Source: Octopus vulgaris (taxonomy: Eukaryota). Taken from it: a stretch of 64,000 bases of DNA. Position numbers and translations under genes: made by a program. The DNA lies in the NCBI GenBank assembly GCA_951406725.2, contig OX597824.1, forward strand, positions 37,758,001 to 37,822,000, read 5' to 3'. Of this stretch, positions 1-13,309 are shown piece after piece (the stretch's first letter is position 1; every line of letters begins with the position of its first letter). The notes beneath the pieces are model-generated. The model did not search any database and had not been told where the DNA came from. It saw nothing but the letters and a program-made list of their open reading frames with translations.

Positions 1-605
1 TGTTGATACAATTTAGTTTTCAGTTTTGTATGGTAATAAATACGATGGAAACGTCAACACAAAGAATTTCTTGATGAGGTTTTCTTGTATTCATTTAATA
101 AATCAATAAATTTCAAATACTTTTCAAAGAAGTAAGTAGTATTTTACTTGTTTCAGTCATTTGACTGCGGCCATGCTGGAGCACCGCCTTTAGTCGAGCT
201 AATAGACCTCAGGACTTCTTTGTAAGCCTAGTACTTATTCTATTTGTGTCTTTTGCTGAACCGCTTTGCGGCATTTCATCCGTTTTTACGTCCTGTGTTC
301 GAATGCCACCGGAATCGACTTTACCTTTCATCCTTTCGGGGACGATAATAGGAGTACCAGTAGAGCACTGGGGTCGATGCAATCGATTTACTCTCTTCCC
401 TGGAACTGTGTCAATTTTTGAAACCGATATTTCATTGCTAGTTTGTTAACAAGGTTGTTTGACTATCCAGTTTAGATCTACCAACTCCGCTAAAATTTAT
501 CCACAAAAACATTGTTGGCCACTTCACAGACGTACAAGCTATGATAGAAAGTGTTTAGTTACAAAAAATTATTTTTAAAATTTGTCGGTCAAAAGGTAAA
601 AATCC

Positions 606-770
606 CTAAACTTCAATATATTGCTAATGTGGAACTTGTGCCCATCGCATTACCAGAAAATGGTGAGCACCTGATGCCATTCCAGATGCCAAGTGTCCAA
701 TCAGGTCTTTTGATGACCCAAGACTGCGGCTCTGTTAAAAAGACGAGTTACAGAAAAGAGTACCTTACAA
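606..770. repeat. ~165-bp local duplication; second copy at ~2428-2592
   Basis: ctaaacttc...gagtaccttacaa occurs twice with few substitutions. Confidence 0.9.
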
Positions 771-1799
771 GTAGCAGAATGAGGAACGGAATGAAGATTC
801 TAAATAATGTGCTGGAAAATTTTTCAATAGAGACAAGTCCGTAGACCTACAAGCTATGATAGAAAATGTCAGCAATAAGAAGCATATCAGAAGAACAGGC
901 CTTCTAATTAAAAACTGATCCCAAGTATCGATCATACAGCTACATTTGTTTCTGCAATCATTGAAAAAATTGGCTATTTTACTACATTTTAAGCAGCAAT
1001 TTTGAAAATATAAGTTCTGCGTAAGGAAAAGCTTTCGGAAGATTCAGTTCAATTACGAGAAAATCAAAATTGTGAAACTCAAAATCTCATTACATTGCAA
1101 AATGGAAAACAGTTTTAAAAATCCCAAATAGCAAAAAGTATAATATTAATAAAACACTCAGGGCAACGTACTGGCAGAATTGTTAGTACGCCAGGGCAAA
1201 ATACTTAGCGGTATGTCGTTTGTCTTTACGTTCTGAGTTCAAATTCCATCGAGATTGACTTTGCCTTTCATCCTTTCGGGATTGATAAAATAAATAACAT
1301 TTGAACGCTGGGGTTGAATTAATCGGCTTTGTCTCCTACCACGAACTTGTTGTCCTTGTGCCAAAAATTTGGAACCAATATTGTTCGTAACATTAAATAG
1401 TTAGAACGTTATGAATTAAAGGAATTTATACATAAGAAATCAGTACAAGAGTATCAACATTTCTTTTTTCACTCATGGATAGTTTTTTCTTCTCATGATA
1501 CTTGCAACCGTCAAACAAAAATTTATTGTAGCAAATCTAACCTTATACTATATCCCATAAAATATAGATGCTGGGTGAATACAATATACATAAACTGAAG
1601 AATATATTTTATATAGCGCCTTTATAAAAGGGATCCTTTTTCATTAATTCTCAAAAATTGCTGGTCTTGTTCCAAAAGTTGAAGCCAATATTAATAAAGC
1701 CCTCTGGAAGCACAAGACAGTCTTAAACAAAATCATATCAACAAAAGTGAGGTGAGATGTCCGATGAGGGTGACATTACAAGAACTGGTTGCCCTTCGT

Positions 1800-3440
1800 G
1801 AAGGGTTCTTACATAAAAACAGTAAGGGGAGGGTGAAGAGGGGTAGAAATGAGATAAATGTATAGATACTATGCAAAATATGTGAATGTGTGTATGAATC
1901 AATCTTTCTGGGACTGGAGAGTCGCCAACTAGAGCCAATCAATGGAACTAACAAATCCAAGATCACCCTAACCATCAAGGACACAAGCCGACCTCCAAAT
2001 GTTGTTTTTGCAATCTACAGATCCATATTTGGAGTAGGTCCGTTTATCCTAACTATTTTTGCCACACTTAGACACCGAAATTCACTGAAAGAAAACAATT
2101 CCCTCTTCACTCTTAGTTTCATTTTCGAGCAGGACTTGAAAAAGTCGATGAGAGCTTGACCAAAAAAGAAAGTATTTGCCTTCAATACTTCTTTGGCCAT
2201 AGCCACCAGACAGAAGAACACTGTATACCCAGTCTTGTTACAGTGGGGGAATGTTCACGGAATGTCAGATCTGGTGGCAATTCCATGTCTATAGAGTTTA
2301 TCTCAAACTGATAATGCCCCTCGGTAGCACTACTATTCTCGGCCCGAAAGTTCTCCTGAACAGGCCACCCAGTTCATCCTCGTCAATACCGAGCGTTTTC
2401 CCGAAAGCGTCATCGCACTTACCTACTACTAAACTTCTATATATTGCTAATGTGGAACTTTTGCCCATCGCATTACCAGAAAATGGTGAGCACCTGATGC
2501 CATTCCAGATGCCAAGTGTCTAATAAGGTCTTTTGATGACCCATGACTGCGGTTCTGTTAAAGAGACGAGTTACAAAAAAGAGTACCTTACAAATGTAGA
2601 TCTGACCTGCTCACCTTCCCGGTATCTCTGCAGGTGTTTGCACGTAAGCAGCTCTAGCATGTCGAGCCCATATTGTAGAGGACACAGGTAAAAGATAGGC
2701 CGCCTGGTCTGTGTAACGTGTTCCTACCTCAAGAAACAGAACAGACGCTCCCCTCTTTTCAAACAGGGACTGGAGCAAAACACAACATTCGGGTATAAGC
2801 TACGTCGCTGGTGATGTAGGAATTTACCACCCCGATTCAACTTTAAGGGATAGCTAACTTTCATATCATTTCTGGATGAAACTAATCACGTTGCTCGTAA
2901 TCTTGATCCAGTTTCTGTTCAACTGAATGTTCGGACTGAACTAGAGCTCGTGCAATTTAACCGGGCTGTTTGTCAGATGACCTAAGATGTTGTCGGTTGA
3001 TAACGATCGGCCTCTCCATGGGCCAAGCTACATTCTAGTTCAAACTTGTTCAAATTTATCCTTGTTCCAGTTATCACTTGATTTTCCTTTAGAATGATGT
3101 CAACTACCTCAACTTTCGTGGCGTCCGCCAGAATTTCTGTCACGTTAACTGCATACGGTGACATAGCTCTCCTTCATCCCACCTAGAATGGCTCGAAAAC
3201 CAGTATATATAGAAACAAAAGAGGTCAACCCAAACCGAGCGTGCAAAATGTAACTGTTCTGAGAAGCAGTCGTTCATTTTGACTACCGAGTACATGCTAC
3301 TAAGCATTGTTGCAATCCAACGACTGAAAATGGGACTGTAAGTGAACTCTTTTAGGCTGACCCCTATCGAAAGCAGCTTTTGACTTATCTAAATTGATCA
3401 TGACTCCCATCAAAGCCAGATCTGCTCCCTGCTCTTTCTA
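1800..3440 (-). mobile_element. Degenerate L1/Tx1-type LINE ORF2 relic
   Basis: Minus-strand remnants LDKSKAAFDR (cf. LDQxKAFDRV), SPYAVNVT...ITGTRINLNK (cf. YADDVT...GAKIN..K) and C-terminal VAMAKEV...FFGQALIDFFK...KLRVKRELFS; many stops and frameshifts. Confidence 0.6.
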
Positions 3441-5932
3441 TGATACAAAATGGAGTTAGTCATAGATGGATTTATTTGTGCTTCCCCAACCGAAACACAA
3501 TAATAATTGCTTCTAGTTTAAGCACCAGACCAACAATTTGGGTGTGTGTATGTGTGAGTGTGTGCGTGCGAGTCGATTATATTAACCTCAGTACTAGCAT
3601 TTTTTTTTCTTTCATCAACCTCGAAGGGATGAAAGGAAAAGTTGATCTCGGTAGGATTTAAAATAAGAGCCGGAAGGAACACTTCGTGACATTTTGTCCG
3701 AATTTTGTTGGACGCTTTAACGATTTTATCAGTCCACTGCTCTTAAAATTTGTCTTTAGCCAGTAATTTTGTGAGGAGGAATCAATCAATACCCTCGACC
3801 TCGGTATTGGCTAGTATTTAATTTTATCGAGCAAACGTTCTCCCGATTCTGCTGATTCCGATAAAAATAATAATCTTTATATTTGTGAGAGAAGTAGTCT
3901 CTGGCCCGAAAGTCCTCCTGACCAGTTCAGTTAGTTCATCATCGTTGACACCTACAGTTTTCCCCCGAAAGCATCATCGCACTTATTTTCCACTAGATTT
4001 GTCGCGGATTTGCCATTCACGTTCACTTAACCATCACTTCCCAGATTTTGAGGTTCTTATCGACTTTTCGCAGCATTTCGCCTTTGTAGAGATTTTTCTC
4101 TGCATATGTTCTCCAAAATCTTCGCTTTTGCTTTGCACTTTCTGTCATTTATTATTTTCTCGATAAAATCACTTCAAGAAACGCATGGCAAGATCTTCAA
4201 CCTATCTATACTTCCAGAACTGACAATATCCCCAAAAGAGTATAACACTACGCTATCGTTCCTCCAACTCTCTTCAATCAATATTTACACGAACTTCCAT
4301 CAACTTCTCAGAATGTACTCACAGCTTTATACACAAGTGACATCACACTCACGTCGTCATACTACTCTCCTGTTACAGGCACACAACCCAACCTTATTTT
4401 CATCACTTAAAATTCTAGTGACAAACGAGAAAAGTAACACATACCAAATCTATTGTGGTCTTTCTTCTATATAGCATTAGAGAATATCAAATACAGGCAG
4501 CAACAACGCTCAATAACATCATAAAACAAACTACACATAAATCAAAATGTCAGAAGTAACACACAACAGCTTCATAACGTTAGTTGAACACAAAAAATAC
4601 AGGGCAAAGAAACCAAAACGTCACATACTTAGAGCGCACAACATATAATATATTTAACAACATAAAGAAATAACAATGTAGATTAGAACTGTTATAGATT
4701 ATATCAGCCTGTTTAATTCTCCCGTTTCACTTACAGGGTTCATAAAAGTACACGTTATAATATGTTGTACACATACCATACATTATAACTACAAACCAAA
4801 CAAAAATTACCTCCTAAGCATGCAGTGATTTCTGTCTCTTTCAAGCGGTTAAGTTTCACGTCTTTGCCATGACATAAAAGAAAGCGCCTCCAAACATTCA
4901 ACCAAGACAAATATAAAGACAAAACATCTTATACATCCGACATCAGTAGCTTCATTTGGCCTAGACTTGGGGCAAGGAGACACGCCTCACCAATAGTAGG
5001 TGCGGAGGAAACAACAATCAAAACAATAATCAAAACTCGATTAAATAACACTGCAAATCGTATGAAGCAACACAGCAAATCAGTGAGCAGCATGGCACAC
5101 AGCTAGTAACATTGAAAACCCATCACCAGATCTATAAGTCGCATAAAGTGTTTTGACTACACAAAATACGTGTGTCCACCCGATATTAAGTTGAATACTG
5201 TGAACATAAATATGCACTTCTAAGCTCCTATTTTAATATACAAATTAAGTACGAGATATTTGTGTGTGCTAGTGTATGTGTGTGTGTGAGAGAGTGTGCG
5301 TGTACATGAGTGCGTGTGTGCCTGTATGTATGTGTGTGCACGTGTGCATGTGTGTGTATCCGTGTGAATGTTTTATGATGTAAGAGAAAGTAACTCAAAG
5401 TGGTTAGTGGTATTAATTATACATAAAAGAATAGAGACTGAATGCAGTATATGATAAATTCTTAATTCTTAATTGACTAATATCAATTAACTAATAATTC
5501 TTAATTAATTAGTATTAATTAATTATTATTTCCTCCTGAAACAGAATAAGGAAACCAAATCCTTGCCACAATCATTAGCAGGTCAGGTAATTAGGGAAGA
5601 TAATTTCAAAACGAAGAGAAAATTTTCATGACTAAATTGAAATAAGTTGGGGTTAGGGGTGGAATCTGATCTTTGTCTCAAGGGCGAGAATAGCAATAGA
5701 CACGTGCTCCAGCTTCGATATGGCCTCCCCCGTAAAGAATATAGGAACTGGGCTGCAAAGTTGGCGTGGGTGTATTCAATACTATTTCACGATAAAATAT
5801 TGGAAGGAAAAGATTTCTCAGTTTTCTCTTATCTACTTGTAGATTTAGATTTTCCATGGCTGATTATGTTATAAACTCATTTTGTAATTGGCAAACTGTG
5901 TATTTATTTTCAGAGGTGGAAAGGGCAGTTAT

Positions 5933-5970
5933 GGACACATGCTTCCATCCCGATTGGGCTTCATCAGTGC
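5933..5970 (-). ncRNA. Degenerate type I hammerhead-like motif
   Basis: Minus strand GCA-CTGATGA-A-GCCC-AATC-GGG-AT-GGAA-GCATGTGTC; GAAA and stem I damaged. Confidence 0.35.
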
Positions 5971-6347
5971 TGCATTGTCCTTCTCGCTTACGATAAGATA
6001 TACAAAATTTAACATACAGAAAATGAGTTTCAGAACAGATTTGGCCAAACAAAATCTCAATCAAACTGAAAGTAAAATCTAAGAGGAAATTATGATTATC
6101 TCCCCTTCAAATTCAGATTGATAATAATTAGCGCCAGGTTTTCTTTCTTTTCTTATACACGAAGGAGAGTTTTGGCAAAATGAAGAATTTACCGTGTGCA
6201 ATGTTCAGAAGACCAAAGATCTCTTTTGTCGAACGAATTCATGTCATCCAGCCTTTTCAATTATTTTTTCTTAGCTTCTTGTAGTCTTATACTTGTCTGT
6301 GTTTGTCTGCTTGCCTGCTTTTCTTCATCTATCTATCTATCTATCTA

Positions 6348-6410
<63 letters not shown>

Positions 6411-6444
6411 CCATCCATCCATCCATCCATCCATCCATCCATCC

Positions 6445-6556
<112 letters not shown>

Positions 6557-6839
6557 ATTATCTATCTATCCATTTATAAATCTATCTTCATCTATACAAA
6601 AACATATAAAGACATAAACCCACACATATATATAATGTGTTTGGCTATATACATACATATATGTATGCATGTATGTATATATGTATGCGTGCACACAAAC
6701 ACACACATACTTGTACAATTAATGTATATACATAAGTACATTCATACGAATAAACTTATGCACACATACATGGAGAAAGCATGTGTGTATATATACCTAC
6801 ATGCATGTACATGTGTGTGTATGTATGTATGTATGTATG

Positions 6840-6949
<110 letters not shown>

Positions 6950-7175
6950 CTTTTACTTGTTTCAGTCATTTTGACGGTGGCCATGCTGGAGCACCGCCTT
7001 TAGTCGAGCAAATCAACTCCAGGACTTATTCTTTGTAAGCCTAGTACTTATTCTATCGGTCTCTGTTGCCGAACCACCAAGTTACGAGGACGTAAACACA
7101 CCAACATCGGTGTTGGGGGGGACAAACACAGAGACACAAGCATACACCCACATACATACATACATATATACATAC

Positions 7176-7241
<66 letters not shown>

Positions 7242-7333
7242 TTTATTTAAAGCAGCAGAAAATTCTACAAAACCTGTTACTCTGAGTTTCACGTTGCCGT
7301 TCATCGGACACTTTTTGCTAGAATGTTTACTCC

Positions 7334-7390
<57 letters not shown>

Positions 7391-7545
7391 ACGACGAACT
7401 TCTTTCAGTTCCCGTCTACCAAATTCACTCACAAGGCTTTGGTCGGCTATAGTAGAAGACACTTGCCCAAGGTGCCACGCAGTGGGACTGAACCCGGAGC
7501 CATGTGGTTGGTAAGCAAGCTACTTACCTCACAGCCACTCTTACG

Positions 7546-7548
<3 letters not shown>
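6950..7548 (-). mobile_element. tRNA-derived SINE, family A (bipartite with internal microsatellite), interrupted by an HHR-bearing insert at 7241-7335
   Basis: Homologous to the full copies at 33437 and 43852 (A box TGGCTGTGTGG, B box GGTTCAGTCCC, tail GTAAAAGA). Confidence 0.9.
7275..7310 (-). ncRNA. Minimal type I hammerhead ribozyme motif (U4C variant)
   Basis: Minus strand TGT-CCGATGA-ACG-GCAA-CGT-GAAA-CTCAGAG-TA-ACA; all three stems pair; GUA cleavage triplet. Confidence 0.75.
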
Positions 7549-7593
<45 letters not shown>

Positions 7594-7598
7594 CATAT

Positions 7599-7743
7599 AA
7601 CTTCGTGGTTCGGCAACAGAAACCGATAGAATAAGTACTAGGCTTACAAAGAATAAGTCCTGGGGTTGATTTGCTCGACTAAAGGCAGTGCTCCAGCATG
7701 GCTACAGTCAAAATGACTGAAACAAGTAAGAGAGTGAAAGAGT
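7599..7743 (+). mobile_element. 3' part of SINE family A, inverted relative to 6950-7085
   Basis: ggttcggcaacagaaaccgatagaataagtactaggc...gactgaaacaagtaagagag. Confidence 0.85.
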
Positions 7744-7866
7744 ATATATATATATATACACACAAGAAGCTATGCACGCACTTGAGCAGATTAACATCTT
7801 CACACTTAAATAAATACGCGCAGATATAACTACATACGAATTAGCATCTGTTCACATACACAATCT

Positions 7867-7948
<82 letters not shown>

Positions 7949-8191
7949 CACACACACACGCATATGTTGTATATAGTGCAGCGCCAATAAACAAATACTT
8001 GTTCCTACTGCAGCAGAAAAACAAAGTCAGGAATATCGATTCGACTCGGTTTCTGAAGATGAAAATCCTCGTATAACATTAATTATAGTTCCACGCTATC
8101 TCTGCCGCTCAGTCTCTCTTCATATTCTCTTCACCCCTTTTTTATTTCTCTCTCACTCAATCTCTCTCTCCCATTTCATATATATATATAT

Positions 8192-8251
<60 letters not shown>

Positions 8252-8254
<3 letters not shown>

Positions 8255-8354
8255 GGAGTAAACACATAAATGTGAAACAAGGTGGAAAAGAGTACTCAAA
8301 TACCAGTGGTAGAGTAATATGCTTTATTTTAAGCAGCTGCTGCTTAAAATAAAG
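8252..8354. mobile_element. PLE-terminal-like fragment between (TA)n tracts; same family as 7241-7335; ends in a small hairpin
   Basis: Shares ccggagtaaaca (inverted) and ctttatt(t/a)aagcagc with the 7241 insert; ctttattttaagcagc/gctgcttaaaataaag is a foldback. Confidence 0.6.
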
Positions 8355-8389
<35 letters not shown>

Positions 8390-9206
8390 TTAGTTATATA
8401 TATATACTAACATGCAAATATACTAACATGCATATATGTACATACGGATTTATGTGCGTGTATGAGCAAGTGCGCGCTTTGCATTGTGTGTCTGGTGGGG
8501 TGTTCTTGTTTGTAGATATATATTCCCTATCGCTTCATTTTTCCTATTCCCGCTTACTCTTTCTCTCTCTCTCTCTCTCTCCATCTCTCCCTCTCCATCT
8601 CTCTCTCTTTCTCTCTCTTTCTCTCTCTTTCTCATCTCTTACCTTTTGTTTTCCAGAGTCATTTCCATCTCTCTAACACACTCTCGCATACGTATAGTCA
8701 CATGCACACATGCTCACATACACGCATATACATTCACACACACACACACACACACAGCTTCCCTATTTACCTCACGCATTCGCTTCCATGCATACGCACG
8801 TGCATCGTCACCCCTTTCTTTGTCTCCCGTTCTCCCTCTCTCCTCTCTCTCTTCTCTCTTCTCTCTCTCTCTCTCTCTTTCTTCTCTGTCTCCTCTCTCT
8901 GTCTCTCTCTTTGCCTCTGTGTCTCTTTCTTTCTTACATTCCCAAACACTCATCTGTCAACACTGCCATACCTGCACTTACATATACACATAAACGCACA
9001 CAAACACACACACACGCATACACATAGACATATGCACGCACATGCATACACACACATACCCGTGCGAGTACGCACACTCACCTACCTGCCTGCCTACCTG
9101 CCTGCCCGCCCGCGCAAAGCAGCATGTTCACCTTTCTCTTGTCTAATCCTATCTCATACGTTCTGTCTCATACAAATTCTAAAACAATACGTCAACCATA
9201 CACATA

Positions 9207-9256
<50 letters not shown>

Positions 9257-9264
9257 GACACACA

Positions 9265-9350
<86 letters not shown>

Positions 9351-9646
9351 CGCAACCATCGGTGATGCCACCGCAAGAGTCACACATCTGTCAATTTACC
9401 TGTGCTTTAATCCGCCCAGCAATGCACAAATATACCCAGGGTTAGTGTCCACTCATCATCCAACCGCCTTTACAATCTGTCACTCACCTGGGCTTCAGCT
9501 GCTACAGCCAACTTTGCCAGATTCACTAACACACAATATTATCATCGTCTACTTTCTTTCTCACTCTCTCTTTCTTTCTCTGTGTCTCTGTCTGTCTTTC
9601 CGTATGTGTGTATGTATACACACACATACATATATATGTATGTATG

Positions 9647-9702
<56 letters not shown>

Positions 9703-9954
9703 CATATATATATATATATACATATATATATGTATATATATATATATATGTATATACATATACATATATATACATATATGTGTGTGCGCATATATACATA
9801 CATGCATGCATATATATATATGCGTGTGCGTATACATATACATACATACATACGTAAGTAAATACGTACGTACATACATACATGCATACATACATACATA
9901 GATACATACATACATACATACATACATACATACATACATACATACATACATACA

Positions 9955-9987
<33 letters not shown>

Positions 9988-10088
9988 GTGTGTGTTATGA
10001 TAAAAACAATTTTACATTATACTGAAGGATTGCTCAATACTTTTGGTAGAGTGAAAATTTATTATTCTTTAACAAGAATCGTATTGAC

Positions 10089-10129
10089 AGTGTCTTCGAA
10101 GTTTCGGCTAGCTGACCCATCATCAGACT
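10089..10129 (-). ncRNA. Minimal type I hammerhead motif with mutated cleavage site
   Basis: Minus strand AGT-CTGATGA-TG-GGT-CAGCTA-GCC-GAAA-CTTCGAAG-AC-ACT; palindromic stem III; GAC instead of GUH. Abuts (GATA)n. Confidence 0.65.
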
Positions 10130-10206
<77 letters not shown>

Positions 10207-10744
10207 ACTTACAATTATCCGCTTTATATTCATTCTGCACACTAAGTTGTATTTGTTACAGAAGTAGTAATACTTTCAGGGGAGGGGTGGATATGGGAAG
10301 TAATGACGTTCATACGTTTCCCAAGGTCATTAGTGACGTAAATCAACAATCGAGATTCGAAGTCGGGTCCCCCATCTTCACAGCCCTCATTCCTGCACAC
10401 GATTAACGCACTTTTACAGAATTATACACGAGATTTACAGCCAGCAAAACGTGATGGGTGAACTTGTGAGAGCTTCATGCATTTTCCCAATGGTATCAGG
10501 GCCATAATAGCAATCTAATTACTTTTAGGAACCGAAGCATCTTGTCCTCGACTCACAGGAATCTTCCCTCGTATTCTATGGTTCTTACCTCACCACGCAG
10601 CAAACAATCTCATTCCACAGTCAACCCTACCTTAATCGTATCAGTTTTGAAAGGTACCACTGCTTATTTTGTTAATCATATCTAAGGACCACACATTTAT
10701 GAACAACACGTTTTATCAAGACATTATTTTTGTAGGTCCTTCAA

Positions 10745-11062
10745 AGATTCCCCTTGCGATGCACCTATAGATTCCTATTCTGCAAATAGATTCCTTTTGC
10801 AGAAAATACAGATACCCCGTGCGACGCACCTAGATAAACCCCGAACGAACCCAGATAACTCTCCCGCATACCTAGATATTCATTGATGGAAAATATAGAT
10901 ACCCCTAGCAGCGCATCTAGGTACCACTTGGAGCACAATTAGATGCCTCTTGCGACATATCTCGATAACCCTTGCGGTACATACAGATGCCCCTTGCGGC
11001 ACACGTAGATACCCCCTTACGACGGCCTACCAGTGTGCTGTGCTGTAGTTTGAGAAACACCG
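10745..11062. repeat. Degenerate ~22-bp minisatellite (about 12 units) ending in a hAT-like terminus
   Basis: Units resemble cccttgcgacgcacctagatac; followed by gtttgagaaacaccg (cf. hAT TIR GTTTGAGAAACACTG). Confidence 0.7.
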
Positions 11063-11543
11063 AGTTCAAACGCAAGGAATACCAGCATCATATTGTATTC
11101 TAGTTCAGCATTCACTCTACATCCAGGTAGACGAGTACCATCGTTGGTTGTAATGAACAAATAGATTAAAAGTTTAACTGTACATATATATATCTTTTAT
11201 TTGTTTCGATCATTAGACAGCGACCATGCTGGGGCACATATATATTTATATTTAGTTTATACTTTATAGGTACGTGTGTGTTAGCGTGTGTGTGTGTGTG
11301 CGTGTGTTTTCCTCTCTATACACTAATAGCTCTATACTATGAAGCATTTTGTTTATAGAGGCATATGACCGCTTATGTATACATAGCCGTTTATGTGTAT
11401 CACTATCTTTTTCCGTGTATATCTGAGCACATATCTATGTATGTATGCGTGTATGTATGCATGTATGTATGTATGTATGTATGTATGTATGTATGTATGT
11501 ATGTATGTATGTATGTATGTATATATGTATGTATGTATGTATG

Positions 11544-11577
<34 letters not shown>

Positions 11578-12022
11578 TGAATGTATGTATGTATGAATGT
11601 ATGTATGTATGTATATATGTATGTATGTATGTATGTATGAATGTATGTATGTATGTATGTATGTATGATGTATGTATGTATGTATTATGTATGTATGTTT
11701 GTAAATATATATGTATGAATATATGTATGAATACATATGTATGCAGGTATGGATATATACAATACATACATATACACACACGCACACACATATGTATATA
11801 TATAGAGAGAGAAGAGAAAGAAATAGATAGAGAGATTCCCCACGTTCCTTATATGAGTTTAGTTTGTTTCCCTTTTGATTGTGCTTAAAGCACCTGTTTG
11901 CATATAATGAACGTACTTAAGAACCAAATAACTGGTTATTTCTGTAGTTTACAGGACGCAATATACAACTCGTGTGATTCGCATCTCACTTTAAATGCAG
12001 TGAGAAATATGTACGCGCGCGT

Positions 12023-12076
<54 letters not shown>

Positions 12077-12273
12077 CCACGTTTGTAAGCAGAGTATTAA
12101 CCGCATGGTTCTTGAATTTAGTAGTTCATTTCTTGCCTTCCGTGACGACTAAACGAAGCAATGATATAAAGGTAGAGAAAGCCATATAGCAAAGATATGA
12201 GAGTATACATAGCCGTATAAAAGGGAAAGTAGAAAACACTGTACGCAGGCAATTATAAAATAGCTCGGCTTAC

Positions 12274-12613
12274 CTATAGTTGAAACAACGGTACCAACAA
12301 AGTAAAATGATCCAACGAAGTCCCAACGAGCCGCTTTACTTTCGACAAAGCCGGCGGCACTTGCGCGTGCATATTCGAGTAGGAGTAATTCCAGATCGGT
12401 GCGGTTTGCCTCCGGGTATCTTTCCAGAAAAGCCTCAACCGAGGCGTTGATTTTTATTCGTTCAGCCTCTTCGTTCGGAGATTCCAGAATCATGAAGATG
12501 CCGGCTCCAAACACAAGGTAGCCCATCATAACAACGAAAAGCAACAAGAAACGCGCATTATCCTCCTGTAGGTGGAGGAATGAAAAACAGCCATGGTTTC
12601 CCGGCCGCGGCAT
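12274..12613 (-). CDS. KCNK13: First coding exon of a THIK-subfamily two-pore-domain K+ channel (KCNK12/KCNK13-like): M1, extracellular cap and pore helix P1
   Basis: Translation MPRPGNHG...LHLQEDNARFLLL...RWDFVGSFYFVGTVVSTIG matches THIK signatures (EDNARFLLL; RWDFxGxFYFVGTVVSTIG). ATG at 12613. Canonical donor G|GTAAG at 12274/12273 in phase 1 of the filter Gly. Cap sequons NAS and NRT. Orthology to KCNK12 versus KCNK13 cannot be resolved here. Confidence 0.93.
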
Positions 12614-12652
12614 CACGATCGGTAACTTCTATTTGAGGAGGGTTATTTTTTC

Positions 12653-12718
<66 letters not shown>

Positions 12719-12719
12719 T

Positions 12720-12787
<68 letters not shown>

Positions 12788-13276
12788 TGAGAGAGAGAGA
12801 GTTGTGACTGAAGGATTATTTACTTGTCAAAATTTGTGCAGGGTAGATAAGATGTTTTTTTTTTAGATGTGGTGTGGGTAGTTCTGTGAGGTAAAGGATG
12901 TATTACTCGCTGGGGGTTCTGACTAACCCCCTCTATTTTGTTAAAAACATAAGTTTGCCCTGAGCTGGCTGCATGGAGCATAGTAACAAGTTAAGAGAGA
13001 CTCCGCAAAAGTAGAATACATCCACGGTGATTGTTTTTCATTTCAACTGCTGCTAGCGATCAGTTGATAGGGAGAAATATCAAAGAGAACTTGCGACATA
13101 AAAGGGCAGCGAAGAATGAAACAAAACAAGAAAAATTCTCGATGCATAGTCCACGAATGACCGAACTAAAAGACTGTTTGTTGTTCGTCTTTTGCTGCTA
13201 TAGAAGAATATACAATCCAGGCGACAATTATAAGTTGTAGAGGTTTGAATCCGAAAAGTACACAGCAAAGATAAAC

Positions 13277-13309
<33 letters not shown>

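Noticed and set aside
10745-11025. CRISPR-like periodicity
   Set aside because: Units are contiguous and degenerate, with no unique spacers and no cas genes; eukaryotic context.
12149-12273. C-terminal extension KPSYFIIACV... of the K2P ORF
   Set aside because: Read-through past the GTAAG donor into the intron; it breaks the GFG filter motif.
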